Source of the DNA: Patescibacteria group bacterium | GTDB lineage: Bacteria > Patescibacteriota > Patescibacteriia > JAXHNJ01 | Assembly (NCBI GenBank): GCA_043812155.1 | Contig: JBDRMK010000011.1 | Span: 16,111-80,110, forward strand | Direction of reading: 5' to 3' | Length of the DNA stretch: 64,000 bases | Notes under the pieces: generated by a model | Database searches by the model: none | What the model was told of the DNA's origin: nothing | What the model saw: the letters and a program-made list of their open reading frames with translations, nothing else | Shown: positions 1 to 9,550 of the stretch, piece by piece | How positions within the stretch are numbered: position 1 is the stretch's first letter | Layout: each line of letters starts with the position of its first letter | Program-made: the position numbers and the translations under genes

Positions 1-708
1 AAGCTGATGTTTCCCTGGTTCACTTTGGCATTTTTTGCTTTGCTGATATTCTTTAAAAAATATTTTTCCCAAAGGCAGGTTAACAAGACTTTCTTTTATT
101 ACCTTTGGTTTCTCGGGCTTTCTATTTGGCTGATGGTATATTACGGCAGTTTTGTGTTTTATGAGTATCTGGATAAAAGCTTGGTGGCTTATGGCATCTC
201 TTACGCCCGCTACTGGCTGCCTTTGTATGTTTTTTGCCTGCCTTTAACGGTTATTTTCCTGAAAATAATATCGGAAAAAATCTGGCCTAACCGGGCGAAA
301 TTTCTTTTTGGCCTGCTGTTCATTATTCTGATCGCCACCAGCCTATTCCAGGTTATTTTAGATCCTTATTACGGGATAAAAACAGTTAAGCAGGGATTTC
401 TTACTCAGGCTCAAGAAAAGCTTAATTTAGTTTTGAAAAACACGCCAGAAAATGCTATAATTATCGCTGGACAAAATGATAAAATATACTGGCCGGAAAG
501 GAAAGTTGCAGGTTTCAACGGCGATTTTGTGCCAGACCAGGTTTTAAGGAATTTACCGGTTCTTTACGGCCTTGCCCCGGTTTATTATGAAGAAATTTTG
601 GCCGGGGAAGTTAGTCGGTTGAATGCTCACCTCAAAGAGAACGGCTTGGTTTTTCAAAAGATCAGCGCTAGCGCCCGTTTGTATAAATTAACCGCGATAA
701 ACGATTAA
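1..708 (+). CDS. Multi-pass membrane protein, probably the C-terminal part of a GT-C type glycosyltransferase (5'-partial)
   Basis: Frame is open from the window edge. Hydrophobic helices and a 'SYARYWLPLY' motif precede a soluble 'NTPENAIII' tail typical of GT-C enzymes. Confidence 0.55.
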   Translation, partial: KLMFPWFTLAFFALLIFFKKYFSQRQVNKTFFYYLWFLGLSIWLMVYYGSFVFYEYLDKSLVAYGISYARYWLPLYVFCLPLTVIFLKIISEKIWPNRAKFLFGLLFIILIATSLFQVILDPYYGIKTVKQGFLTQAQEKLNLVLKNTPENAIIIAGQNDKIYWPERKVAGFNGDFVPDQVLRNLPVLYGLAPVYYEEILAGEVSRLNAHLKENGLVFQKISASARLYKLTAIND

Positions 709-710
709 TT

Positions 711-2240
711 ATGTCTGAAGTTGAAAAAAAGATATTGCTGGTAATAAAAATAGTTTTTATAGCTGTTCCGTTTTTAACTTTCTTTTGGATCGTCAACCAA
801 AACTACGCTTTGACCGGTTTGGTTAAGTACGTTTATCATCCGGACAAGTATCTAGCCAGCCAAATTATCACTTTGGACCAGGCCAATTTAATTCAAGGCG
901 TATTCCAGTCTGACGGGAAGATCCACTGGCAGGCGGCGGATGACAGCCTGAAATTCACCGCTAAAATTTTAAGGAATTTTGACCAGGTTAAAGTCAAAGT
1001 CGATCTTAATAACATCAGCCAGCCCGATGTCTATTTGCACGCCCAGGGCGGGGTGGAAAAAGGGGAATACCATGATCTGGTTAGTTCGCAATTCTTAGAT
1101 CAGTTGACCTGGCCGCGTCTGGGCAAGGAGAATCTGACCCTTTGGCAGCGGCCTGATCGGCAAAGCGGGGAAGAGGGAGAAAATGCGGAGGCGAAAAAAC
1201 CGGTAAAGCAATACCAGTCAATTGATGAATTCCAGGCGGATTTACCTTCGGCGGATAAAATCGGAGTTTTCGGTTTGCCGGCCGGGCAATTTTCCCAATT
1301 TCCCGGTTATCAGAATAATCAGGAAGAAAGAGAGATTAACCATTATTTTCGCGGCCAACATGCCATTTATTTTTACAAAGGCGATGAGCCATTTAGGCTT
1401 TCTTTTAAAAAGATTGATTTAAACCGCCAGGTTGGGTCGCATGTCTTGAATTTTAAGATCTATTCCGGTTCGGAATTGGTTTATAGTCGGTCAGTGCCAG
1501 CTGGCCAGGCGGGAGAGGCTCAAGAAGAAAGCGTAAGCCAGCCGGACTTGGCGCGTGGATTTTACCGCCTGTATTTTGACACCAATGAAGACGTGATCTT
1601 CGGCGATATAAAGACGAACATTAAATATTTATATTTTTATGGTCACGTGTTTCTGGCGGATGGGAAAGATTATTTAGCGGCTAATCCTTTTAAAGAATCC
1701 GTTTTGCTTACTGACAGCGCTTCTCTTACTTTAGAAACCCCGCATGATTCCGGAATAAACCAGAATATTACCATCGGCCGCAACCAGAGCGTGGTTTATA
1801 AAACCGTCTCGGTAAAAGAAAAAAAACATACTTACACTGCTGATAAATTAAAAGGGGAGAATTATCTTACAATTCCCAAAACCGATATCCTGGTGACTGG
1901 CGGAAATTTCGTATTCCCTGGTTTTGATTTTGTAACCGGTCTTATCATGCCTTTGGAAGGCAAGCTGGCGGAGAATAAAATTGAAGATTTGGATTATATT
2001 GTGGCCGCTTATGCCCCCAAAGAAAGCCAAGGCCTTATTTCGTATGAGAAAGAATACGCGTTCAAGGATCTTTTCCAGAAAGACAAAAAAATATATTTTA
2101 ACATTTATTCCCCAGGACTTTACGCCGGAAAATTACAGCTGGAAATAAAGAAAATTGAAATGACGTTTACCGGTCAAGCATTAACGCCGGCCAAAATCTG
2201 GGAAAAAGCCAAATTATTTATTAACAATACATTCAAGTAA
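711..2240 (+). CDS. Hypothetical membrane-anchored extracellular protein
   Basis: 509 aa ORF with an N-terminal TM helix, tightly packed in an operon. Confidence 0.75.
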   Translation: MSEVEKKILLVIKIVFIAVPFLTFFWIVNQNYALTGLVKYVYHPDKYLASQIITLDQANLIQGVFQSDGKIHWQAADDSLKFTAKILRNFDQVKVKVDLNNISQPDVYLHAQGGVEKGEYHDLVSSQFLDQLTWPRLGKENLTLWQRPDRQSGEEGENAEAKKPVKQYQSIDEFQADLPSADKIGVFGLPAGQFSQFPGYQNNQEEREINHYFRGQHAIYFYKGDEPFRLSFKKIDLNRQVGSHVLNFKIYSGSELVYSRSVPAGQAGEAQEESVSQPDLARGFYRLYFDTNEDVIFGDIKTNIKYLYFYGHVFLADGKDYLAANPFKESVLLTDSASLTLETPHDSGINQNITIGRNQSVVYKTVSVKEKKHTYTADKLKGENYLTIPKTDILVTGGNFVFPGFDFVTGLIMPLEGKLAENKIEDLDYIVAAYAPKESQGLISYEKEYAFKDLFQKDKKIYFNIYSPGLYAGKLQLEIKKIEMTFTGQALTPAKIWEKAKLFINNTFK

Positions 2241-2245
2241 TATAT

Positions 2246-2677
2246 ATGGCAGAAATTCAAGAAAAAACTCCCTGGTATAAAAAAGAAATCATCCGGCAGA
2301 TTGTAAGCCTGGCATTTGAAGTCTCTTTGGTTTCCTATCTGTTTTTTTACCTGGTGGAAACTTTATCCGCTTCTTTTATCAGCCGTTTTTACAGCCTTAA
2401 TTATCATTTGATCTTGGTTATTATTTTCGGCGTCTTGACGGTTATATTTACATCTGACAAAGGAGAGGAGATTGCTCAGTTAAAAACGAAACCTAAAATC
2501 AGAGATTACGCGTTTATTATCATTTTAGCGTTAATAAGCGCCGGGATTATCTGGTTCAAAACCAAGGAATTGGGCCGACTATCCCTGGCGATCGCCGCTT
2601 TATCCGGCTTGATAATTTTTTCCCTCTCGCTATTATTGATGTTTGATAAAGATGAGGATAATGAAATAGATAAATAA
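2246..2677 (+). CDS. Hypothetical 4-TM membrane protein
   Basis: 143 aa, four hydrophobic segments, operonic spacing. Confidence 0.75.
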   Translation: MAEIQEKTPWYKKEIIRQIVSLAFEVSLVSYLFFYLVETLSASFISRFYSLNYHLILVIIFGVLTVIFTSDKGEEIAQLKTKPKIRDYAFIIILALISAGIIWFKTKELGRLSLAIAALSGLIIFSLSLLLMFDKDEDNEIDK

Positions 2678-2688
2678 TTTTAATTATT

Positions 2689-3153
2689 ATGATTCATGGC
2701 GTTCAAACCAAAAAATTAAAAGTCATTCCTGATAATCGGGGGTTGCTTATGGAAATGATGCGTTCGGACGACCCGTTTTTTCAGCAATTCGGCCAGGTTT
2801 ATTTATCAGTGGTGAAACCGGGCTATGCCAAAGCCTGGCATTACCACAAAGTTCAGACCGACCATTTTGTTATTGTCAAAGGCAACGCTAAAGTGGCTTT
2901 ATACGACGGCCGGAAAGATTCACCGACCTATAAAGAAATCAATGATTTTGAGATCGGCGAAAAAAACCCGGCCCTGATCGTTATTCCTAACGGCGTCTAT
3001 CACGGTTATACCGCTTTGGGCAATGAACCGGCTTATCTGGTCAATACGCCGACTGAACCCTATAATTACCAGGAGCCTGACGAGCAGCGCGCTTCTTTTG
3101 ACGATCCGACGATTGGATACAACTGGGGAGTATTGGACGGAGATCATGTTTGA
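2689..3153 (+). CDS. rmlC: dTDP-4-dehydrorhamnose 3,5-epimerase family cupin (RmlC-like)
   Basis: Motifs 'DNRG', 'AWHYH', 'LYDGRKDSPTY', 'IPNGVYHG'; other rml genes nearby. Confidence 0.85.
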   Translation: MIHGVQTKKLKVIPDNRGLLMEMMRSDDPFFQQFGQVYLSVVKPGYAKAWHYHKVQTDHFVIVKGNAKVALYDGRKDSPTYKEINDFEIGEKNPALIVIPNGVYHGYTALGNEPAYLVNTPTEPYNYQEPDEQRASFDDPTIGYNWGVLDGDHV

Positions 3154-3156
3154 TTA

Positions 3157-3292
3157 AGACGAAGAAATTCGTCTATTGTGATACGTTGTCGCTGCCCGTA
3201 CCGTTTTAAGTCTGACGTAGTACGGCCGTACGACGAAAGCCGTATTACGTCATGGGCGTCGAAACCGAAAAACGTAAGACAAATTTTTTTTT
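3157..3292 (+). ncRNA. Candidate structured RNA or leader element of unknown class
   Basis: Nested stems TACGTT/AACGTA, GCCCGT/ATGGGC and TGACGTAGTACGGC/GCCGTATTACGTCA; a GAAA-loop hairpin at 3157-3174; ends in a T run. Confidence 0.4.
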
Positions 3293-3330
3293 CAACATCT
3301 TAATATCTTAATCTCTTAAATATCTCAAAT
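3291..3330 (+). repeat. Degenerate octamer tandem array (CTYAAYAT-like), about 5 units
   Basis: ttcaacat cttaatat cttaatct cttaaatat ctcaaat. Confidence 0.7.
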
Positions 3331-3333
3331 AGC

Positions 3334-4266
3334 ATGAAAATCGCCGTTTCAGGTACACTCGCTTACGACCGGATCATGAATTTTCCGGGTTTTTTTAAAG
3401 ATCATATACTGCCAGACAAAATTCACATGTTAAATGTTTGTTTTAGTGTAAGAAATTTTCGGGAGTGCTTTGGCGGAACGGCTGGTAATATCGCATATAA
3501 TCTAAAGTTACTGGGAGAAGAACCGCTTATTTTTTCCCAAGTAGGATCGGATTTTTTTAAGTACCGGCAATGGCTTCAGAAAAACAAAATATTCAGCTCG
3601 AATTTAAAAGTTTATCAAAATGAATTGACGGCTTCGGCTTATATTATTACCGATCAGACGGATAATCAGATTACGGGTTTTCATTCCGGGGCCGTAGAAA
3701 AAAGGTCATTTTTTGATTCAAAATTATTTAAAAAGGCCGGTTATTCAATAGTTGCTCCCGGGAATAATGACGACATGAGGAAAAATATTAATCTTTGCCA
3801 ACGTTTTAAAATACCGTATATTTTTGATTTTGGCCAGCAAATTACCCGAATAAAAAAAGAGCTGCTTTTAGTCGGAATGCTGAACTCTAAAGTGGTTATT
3901 GCCAATGATTATGAAATAGAATTAATGCTTAAAAAAACCGGGCTGACAAAAAAGAAAATCCTTGATAAAATAGATTTACTCGTGACGACTTTAGGGCCAA
4001 AGGGTTCTCTGTTTGAAACGAAAACAAAGAAGATTAAGATCCCGATTGCCAAGCCGAAAAACACCTGCGATCCGACCGGGGCCGGGGACGCCTTCAGGGC
4101 CGGGCTGATCAAAGGTTTGATCATGAATTATCCTTTGGAAAAAGTCGGCCGCTTGGCCGCCTTGGTCAGCGTTTACACCGTGGAAAAATACGGCACCCAG
4201 ACCCATTATTTTACCTGGCAAGATCTACAAAAAAGATATTATAAAAATTTTAAGGAAAAATTATGA
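3334..4266 (+). CDS. PfkB-family carbohydrate kinase, adenosine kinase-like
   Basis: '[10 protein letters not shown]', '[10 protein letters not shown]' and the PfkB signature 'DPTGAGDAF'; overlaps the ahcY start. Confidence 0.88.
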   Translation: MKIAVSGTLAYDRIMNFPGFFKDHILPDKIHMLNVCFSVRNFRECFGGTAGNIAYNLKLLGEEPLIFSQVGSDFFKYRQWLQKNKIFSSNLKVYQNELTASAYIITDQTDNQITGFHSGAVEKRSFFDSKLFKKAGYSIVAPGNNDDMRKNINLCQRFKIPYIFDFGQQITRIKKELLLVGMLNSKVVIANDYEIELMLKKTGLTKKKILDKIDLLVTTLGPKGSLFETKTKKIKIPIAKPKNTCDPTGAGDAFRAGLIKGLIMNYPLEKVGRLAALVSVYTVEKYGTQTHYFTWQDLQKRYYKNFKEKL

Positions 4267-5519
4267 AGTACGATGTCAAATCAATAAAAATGGCGGACAA
4301 AGGCGAACTGCGAATTGAATTCGCGGAAAAGCAGATGGATGTCTTGCGCGAGATCAAAGAAAGGTTTAAAAAAGAAAAACCCTTGAAAGGCTTGAAGATC
4401 GGCGCTTGCCTGCACGTGACCACGGAAACCGCCAATCTGATGCGGACCCTGAAAGCCGGGGGAGCCAAAGTGGTTCTATGCGCTTCCAATCCCTTGTCCA
4501 CTCAAAATGACGTGGCGGCTGCTTTGGTTAAATATTCAAATATTCCCACTTATGCCATTAAGGGCGAAAATCGTCAGAAGTATTACAAGCATTTGAACGC
4601 GGTTTTGGATTTTAAGCCAAATATTACTTTGGATGACGGCGCAGATTTAGTTTCCACTCTACACGCAGAACGACCGAAACAGCTAAGCCAAATTCGGGCT
4701 TCCATGGAAGAAACCACCACCGGCGTGATTCGCCTACGCAGCATGGAGAAGGACAAGGTTTTAAAAATTCCCGTGGTCGCGGTGAATGACGCCAAAACCA
4801 AGCATTTTTTTGACAACCGCTATGGCACCGGTCAAAGCACCATGGACGGCATAATTCGCGCCACCAATATTTTATTGGCCGGCCGGAATGTCATTATTGC
4901 CGGTTACGGCTGGTGCGGCCGGGGAGCGGCCATGCGCGCGGAAGGCTTGGGCGCCCATGTCATTGTTACGGAAGTTGATCCTCTAAAAGCGATTGAAGCG
5001 GTGATGGACGGCTACCGCGTTATGCCGATGATAGAAGCGGCCAAGATCGGCGATATCTTTGTCACCTTAACCGGCGATATCAATGTTTTAAGGCCGGAGC
5101 ATTTCAAGGTGATGAAAAACGAGGCCGTGGTTTGCAACTCGGGCCATTTTGACGTGGAAATAGATTTAAAAGGCTTGGCGAAAATGGCCAAGAGTGTCCG
5201 CCAGACCCGGGAATTTGTCCAGGAATATACCATTGGTAAAAATCAAAGGATAAATATTTTGGCCGGCGGCCGTCTGATCAACTTATCCGCGGCCGAAGGC
5301 CATCCGGCCTCGGTCATGGATATGAGTTTTGCCAACCAGGCTTTGTGCAGCGAATGGGTCGCTAAAAACTACAAGAAGTTAAAAAAACAAGTTTATAGCG
5401 TGCCGGAAGTAATTGACGAATCTGTGGCCGCCATGAAGCTAAAAACCATGGGGGTTAAAATTGATAAATTGACCGAAGAGCAGAAGAAGTATTTGGCGTC
5501 GTGGGAAGTGGGGACGTAG
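4263..5519 (+). CDS. ahcY: S-adenosylhomocysteine hydrolase
   Basis: 'CLHVTTETA', 'SNPLSTQ', 'EETTTG', 'FDNRYGTG', 'GYGWCGRG', '[12 protein letters not shown]'. Confidence 0.97.
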   Translation: MKYDVKSIKMADKGELRIEFAEKQMDVLREIKERFKKEKPLKGLKIGACLHVTTETANLMRTLKAGGAKVVLCASNPLSTQNDVAAALVKYSNIPTYAIKGENRQKYYKHLNAVLDFKPNITLDDGADLVSTLHAERPKQLSQIRASMEETTTGVIRLRSMEKDKVLKIPVVAVNDAKTKHFFDNRYGTGQSTMDGIIRATNILLAGRNVIIAGYGWCGRGAAMRAEGLGAHVIVTEVDPLKAIEAVMDGYRVMPMIEAAKIGDIFVTLTGDINVLRPEHFKVMKNEAVVCNSGHFDVEIDLKGLAKMAKSVRQTREFVQEYTIGKNQRINILAGGRLINLSAAEGHPASVMDMSFANQALCSEWVAKNYKKLKKQVYSVPEVIDESVAAMKLKTMGVKIDKLTEEQKKYLASWEVGT

Positions 5520-5647
5520 GTTTGGTCATGGGGTTTAGGGTGTGGCGGCTAGTACGGTCTTAGGGTTTGGGTTTTTAGGTAAAATTACAAATCTCAAGCA
5601 CCAAATTCCAAATAAATTCCAAATATCAAATTCGAAATACAAAACTC
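5520..5647. repeat. Strand-skewed low-complexity element: G/T-rich arm followed by a C/A-rich heptad-periodic arm
   Basis: 'caaatctcaagcaccaaattccaaataaattccaaatatcaaattcgaaatacaaa', period about 7 nt; related to copies at 11.3, 11.9 and 36.7 kb. Confidence 0.6.
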
Positions 5648-5652
5648 TTAAA

Positions 5653-5708
5653 CTCAATCGCTCAATCGCTTAATATCTCAACATCTCAACATCTTAACAT
5701 CTCAACAA
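5653..5708 (+). repeat. Octamer tandem array, 7 units (CTYAAYNN)
   Basis: ctcaatcg ctcaatcg cttaatat ctcaacat ctcaacat cttaacat ctcaacaa. Confidence 0.85.
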
Positions 5709-5715
5709 CTAACAC

Positions 5716-6783
5716 ATGAAATTACTCATTACCGGCGGCGCCGGATTTATCGGCTCAAACTTCATCCATTACTGGTTGAAAAATCATCCTGGTGATAAAA
5801 TCATCAACCTGGATAAATTAACCTATTGCGGAAATTTGGATAATCTTAAAGATATTGAAAATGATCCTAATTATGAATTTCATAAGTTTGATATTACTTG
5901 CACCGATCCTTTAGGAAAAGAACCTGGTGGTTTTAACAGAGATATATTTGATAATCAGTTAGTGAAGTGGGTGAACGAATGCGATTACATTGTAAATTTT
6001 GCCGCTGAATCGCATGTAGATAGGTCAATCCAGGGTTATGCCCGTGATTTTGTTTTAACTAACGTTTGGGGCACTCATATAATGCTGGAGGCCGCGGTTA
6101 AAGCCGGAGGCAAGCGTTTCCACCATATCTCCACAGACGAGGTCTTTGGAGCCCTAAATTTGGCCTCTAGGCAGAAGTTTACCGAGAACACGTGTTATGA
6201 CCCTCGGAGCCCATATTCCGCCTCAAAAGCGGCTTCTGACCACTTAGTTCGGGCCTATGGGGTTTCTTTTGGCTTGCCTATAACCATTACCAATACTTCC
6301 AATAATTACGGTCCCTATCAGTATCCGGAAAAGCTTTTACCTTTGGCGATTACAAATTTAATCCAGGGCAAAAAAGTGCCGATTTACGGCGACGGGCTTT
6401 ATGTCCGCGACTGGCTTTATGTTGAGGATCACTGCCGGGCCATTGATCTGGTTTTACAGAAAGGGAAATTGGGAGAAACCTATTGCATCGGGGGAATGAC
6501 CGAAGACGTTAATAATCTGGAGTTGGTTAAAAAAGTACTTAAGATAATGAAAAAAGATAAAAGCAGTCTTACTTATGTTAAAGACCGGGCCGGCCACGAC
6601 CGCCGCTACGCCGTGGATTGGTCTAAAGCGAAAAAGGAATTGGGCTATAAACCAGAATTTAAACTGGATGAATATTTAGAAAAAACCATTCAATGGTATC
6701 AGACCAATGAAGACTGGTGGAAAAAAATAATCTCCGGCCATCATTTCAAAGGTTGGGAAGAAAAACAATACAAAAAACGATAG
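5716..6783 (+). CDS. rmlB: dTDP-glucose 4,6-dehydratase
   Basis: 'GGAGFIGSNF', 'FAAESHVDRSI', 'HISTDEVFG', 'PYSASKA', 'GHDRRYA'. Confidence 0.96.
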   Translation: MKLLITGGAGFIGSNFIHYWLKNHPGDKIINLDKLTYCGNLDNLKDIENDPNYEFHKFDITCTDPLGKEPGGFNRDIFDNQLVKWVNECDYIVNFAAESHVDRSIQGYARDFVLTNVWGTHIMLEAAVKAGGKRFHHISTDEVFGALNLASRQKFTENTCYDPRSPYSASKAASDHLVRAYGVSFGLPITITNTSNNYGPYQYPEKLLPLAITNLIQGKKVPIYGDGLYVRDWLYVEDHCRAIDLVLQKGKLGETYCIGGMTEDVNNLELVKKVLKIMKKDKSSLTYVKDRAGHDRRYAVDWSKAKKELGYKPEFKLDEYLEKTIQWYQTNEDWWKKIISGHHFKGWEEKQYKKR

Positions 6784-6804
6784 TTTTTATAAATTTATAA
6801 ATCA

Positions 6805-7007
6805 GGTGGAGATGGGGATCTCCACCTACGCGTAGATTAAAAAACGTATTCAAGCATCGCGTAGGCGGGAATCCCTATTCCTGCCGCACCGCAAAACCGC
6901 TGGAGGTGGAGATGGGGATCTCCGCCTACGCGTAAAAAACATATTCATTAGTGCGGAGCGTAAAGACGTCTTTAACCACCGCGTAGGCGGGAATCCCTAT
7001 TCCCGCC
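6805..7007. repeat. Four GTAG-type REP palindromes arranged as two inverted doublets (REPIN-like) upstream of the RAYT gene
   Basis: GTAGGYGGAGATCCCCATCTCCACC on the minus strand (6805-6829, 6905-6929) and GTAGGCGGGAATCCCTATTCCYGCC on the plus strand (6861-6885, 6983-7007). Confidence 0.9.
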
Positions 7008-7017
7008 ATATATCGGT

Positions 7018-7524
7018 ATGACTCTTAGAAAAATATATTTACAGGAACAATGCTATTTTTTGACCACCAATGTTTTGAATAAGCTGTGGGTTTTTGGCCA
7101 CTTTAAAAATACTATTTATGTTCCGGCAATTCAGTTATGCGATGTCATTATTAATGATTTAAATTTCTACCGCCAAAAATTTCAGTTTCAATTGCACGGA
7201 TATGTTATAATGCCAAATCATTTACATCTAATATTAACAATTGGCAGTATAGGAAATGTCTCCGAAATAATGCGGGATTTTAAAGGTCATACTAGCTACG
7301 AAATAAACAAATTATTAAAAAATAAGAGTGGATTCTGGCAAGAAGATTTTTATGAACATACTATAAGAAACGAGCAAGATTTCGCCGAAAAAATGAATTA
7401 TATCCATAATAATCCAGTTAAATCTAATTTCGTAAAAAATCCGGCCGATTTCAAGTATTCAAGTTTTAGAAATTATTATTTGAATGATGATTCCGTGATC
7501 AAAATTGATAAAATTGTTAAATAA
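7018..7524 (+). mobile_element. REP-associated tyrosine transposase (RAYT / TnpA-REP, HUH Y1 family)
   Basis: 'YFLTT', HUH motif 'YVIMPNHLH', 'FWQEDFYEHTIR', catalytic 'YIHNNPVK', 'YSS'; flanked by REPs. Confidence 0.92.
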
Positions 7525-7528
7525 ATGA

Positions 7529-7651
7529 GGTGGAGATAGGGATCTCCACCTACGCGTAGATTAAAAAACGTATTCAAGCATCGCGTAGGCGGGAATCCCT
7601 ATTCCCGCCGCAAGTTAGTTTGAAAATCAGGTCGGATTCAGAATCCGACCT
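7529..7651. repeat. REP doublet downstream of RAYT plus a further palindrome
   Basis: 7529-7611 is a near-identical direct copy of 6805-6887 including the spacer; AGGTCGGATTC-A-GAATCCGACCT at 7629-7651. Confidence 0.88.
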
Positions 7652-7666
7652 TCTCCGAACAATAAT

Positions 7667-8269
7667 ATGTATAAAGGCAAAAAATATTCTCTTCCCGTCA
7701 TAAAATCTTTGATGAAAAAGATTGCCAAAGAGAATTTGATTCCCGAAGAAGTTAAAGTGGCCTGGGTTCACTCAAAAGTCGTTTACAATTTTGCCGATCG
7801 TATCGCCGGGGTCGCCGCCAAAAACGGATATAAAATAAACAGGCCATATTTGAAATCAGCCTGTTTTGTTCATGACATCGGCCGGATGATCACCGGAAGT
7901 AAAGGTTCAAGGGTATTAGAAAAGCCGGTTTACCACGGGTTAAGAGGTTACCGGATCTTAAAGAAGAGCCGGTATCCGGAATGCTTTGCTAGGATCTGTC
8001 TTGTCCATTTGAACGGAACAGGACTTGATAGTATTACCAATCGAAAATATGGTATATTTAAAAACAGAAATACTCTGGCGAAATCGGTTGAAGAAAAGAT
8101 AATCGCTTACGCAGACGCCCGGACCAGTTTCAATAAACAAAAAAAGAAACCGGAAATTAAACCGTTTATCTGGGCGTACAATAGGTTTAATAAATATCCA
8201 AGAGTGGGGAAGCGGTTAAAAGAAAACCATAATTTCATCCAAAAGATTACCAAAGGCCAAATTAAATGA
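7667..8269 (+). CDS. HD-domain phosphohydrolase
   Basis: 'VHSKVV...VHDIGR...HG...H...EEKIIAYAD' HD pattern. Confidence 0.85.
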   Translation: MYKGKKYSLPVIKSLMKKIAKENLIPEEVKVAWVHSKVVYNFADRIAGVAAKNGYKINRPYLKSACFVHDIGRMITGSKGSRVLEKPVYHGLRGYRILKKSRYPECFARICLVHLNGTGLDSITNRKYGIFKNRNTLAKSVEEKIIAYADARTSFNKQKKKPEIKPFIWAYNRFNKYPRVGKRLKENHNFIQKITKGQIK

Positions 8270-9093
8270 AAATATTAATTTTAGGGGCGAAAGGGATGCT
8301 GGGCACGGATCTAATGCAGGTTTTTTCCGATCATCAGCCAACCGGCCTTGATCTGCCGGATTTGGATATTACGGATAATCTGGCTTTAGAGAAAAAATTG
8401 AAAGAATTAAGACCGGAACTGGTTATTAACGCCGCCGCCTACACTAAAGTGGATGACTGCGAGGAAAATATTGAATTAGCCTATAATGTCAACGGAAGAG
8501 CGCCCGGGTATCTGGCGAAATACTGCCGGCAGATCGGGGCCAAACTCGTCCATTACAGCACGGATTATGTTTTTAATGGCCAGAAAAAAAAGGGCTATCG
8601 CGAAGATGATACGGTGAGCCCATTGAATATGTACGGTAAAACGAAAATGATGGGAGAAAAAGTGGTCTTTGACCAGATCGACGAGCATTATATTTTGCGG
8701 ACGGCTTGGCTCTACGGCCAGAACGGCCCGAATTTTGTGAAGACAATGATCGACTTATCGGAAAAACAGCCGGAATTAAAAGTAGTTAATGACCAGTTCG
8801 GCAGTCCGACCTATACTTTGGATTTAGCCAAAAAGACCAAAGAGATCATTGAGGATAAAAAAATTAAATTCGGCACTTATCATCTCACCAATTCCGGCAC
8901 CTGCTCCTGGTACGAATTCGCGATAAAGATTTTTGAGATTTTAGGCAAAGACGTTAAAATTACGCCGGTGACTACCGAAGAATTCCCCAGACCCGCTAAA
9001 CGGCCGAAATATTCCATTTTAAAAAATACCAAGCTTGAGCCTTTAAGATCTTGGGAAGAGGCGCTTAAAGAATATTTATCTCATGAAAAATAA
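8266..9093 (+). CDS. rmlD: dTDP-4-dehydrorhamnose reductase
   Basis: 'GAKGMLG', 'NAAAYTKVD', 'STDYVF', 'YGKTK', 'DQFGSPT', 'PAKRP'. Confidence 0.96.
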   Translation: MKILILGAKGMLGTDLMQVFSDHQPTGLDLPDLDITDNLALEKKLKELRPELVINAAAYTKVDDCEENIELAYNVNGRAPGYLAKYCRQIGAKLVHYSTDYVFNGQKKKGYREDDTVSPLNMYGKTKMMGEKVVFDQIDEHYILRTAWLYGQNGPNFVKTMIDLSEKQPELKVVNDQFGSPTYTLDLAKKTKEIIEDKKIKFGTYHLTNSGTCSWYEFAIKIFEILGKDVKITPVTTEEFPRPAKRPKYSILKNTKLEPLRSWEEALKEYLSHEK

Positions 9094-9532
9094 TCTTTTC
9101 AAAATAGCCGTCGGCGCTCTAATTTTGAAAGGTGATAAAATCCTGCTTCACCACCGCACGGATTACGACATGTGGGATTTGCCTTCGGGAGGGATGGAGG
9201 CGAGTGAAACAATTTATGAGGCTCTTGTAAGAGAAGTTAAGGAAGAAACCGGTTTAAAGGTAAAGCCGTTGAGACTGGCAGGCGTTTATCATAATTTTGG
9301 AAGAAAAGTCATTAATTTCATGTTCTTAGTAAAAGTATTATCGGGGAAATTAACCCTTAATGCCGAGGCAAATCAGTTCTGCTACTTCCATTATAAAAAA
9401 TTGCCGGCGAATTTTCCCCAAAAACAAAAAGAAAGAATATTGCTGTATTTTAAGGATAAAAAAACAGTCACCGTCAAAACTCAAAAAAGTGAAAACAGTA
9501 TTAAAAAATTAGGTTTAAAAAAATTAGGATAA
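9083..9532 (+). CDS. NUDIX hydrolase
   Basis: Nudix box 'GGMEASETIYEALVREVKEETGL'. Confidence 0.9.
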   Translation: MKNNLFKIAVGALILKGDKILLHHRTDYDMWDLPSGGMEASETIYEALVREVKEETGLKVKPLRLAGVYHNFGRKVINFMFLVKVLSGKLTLNAEANQFCYFHYKKLPANFPQKQKERILLYFKDKKTVTVKTQKSENSIKKLGLKKLG

Positions 9533-9550
9533 TTTAAGGAAAATAAATCT

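Noticed and set aside
3212-3238. CTGA...GAAA resembling a hammerhead ribozyme core
   Set aside because: It reads CTGACGT rather than CUGANGA, and the segment is better explained by the 14-bp stem.
6805-7611. Repeat-spacer pattern resembling a CRISPR array
   Set aside because: Repeats alternate in orientation, one spacer is duplicated, there are no cas genes, and GTAG hairpins beside a RAYT identify them as REPs.
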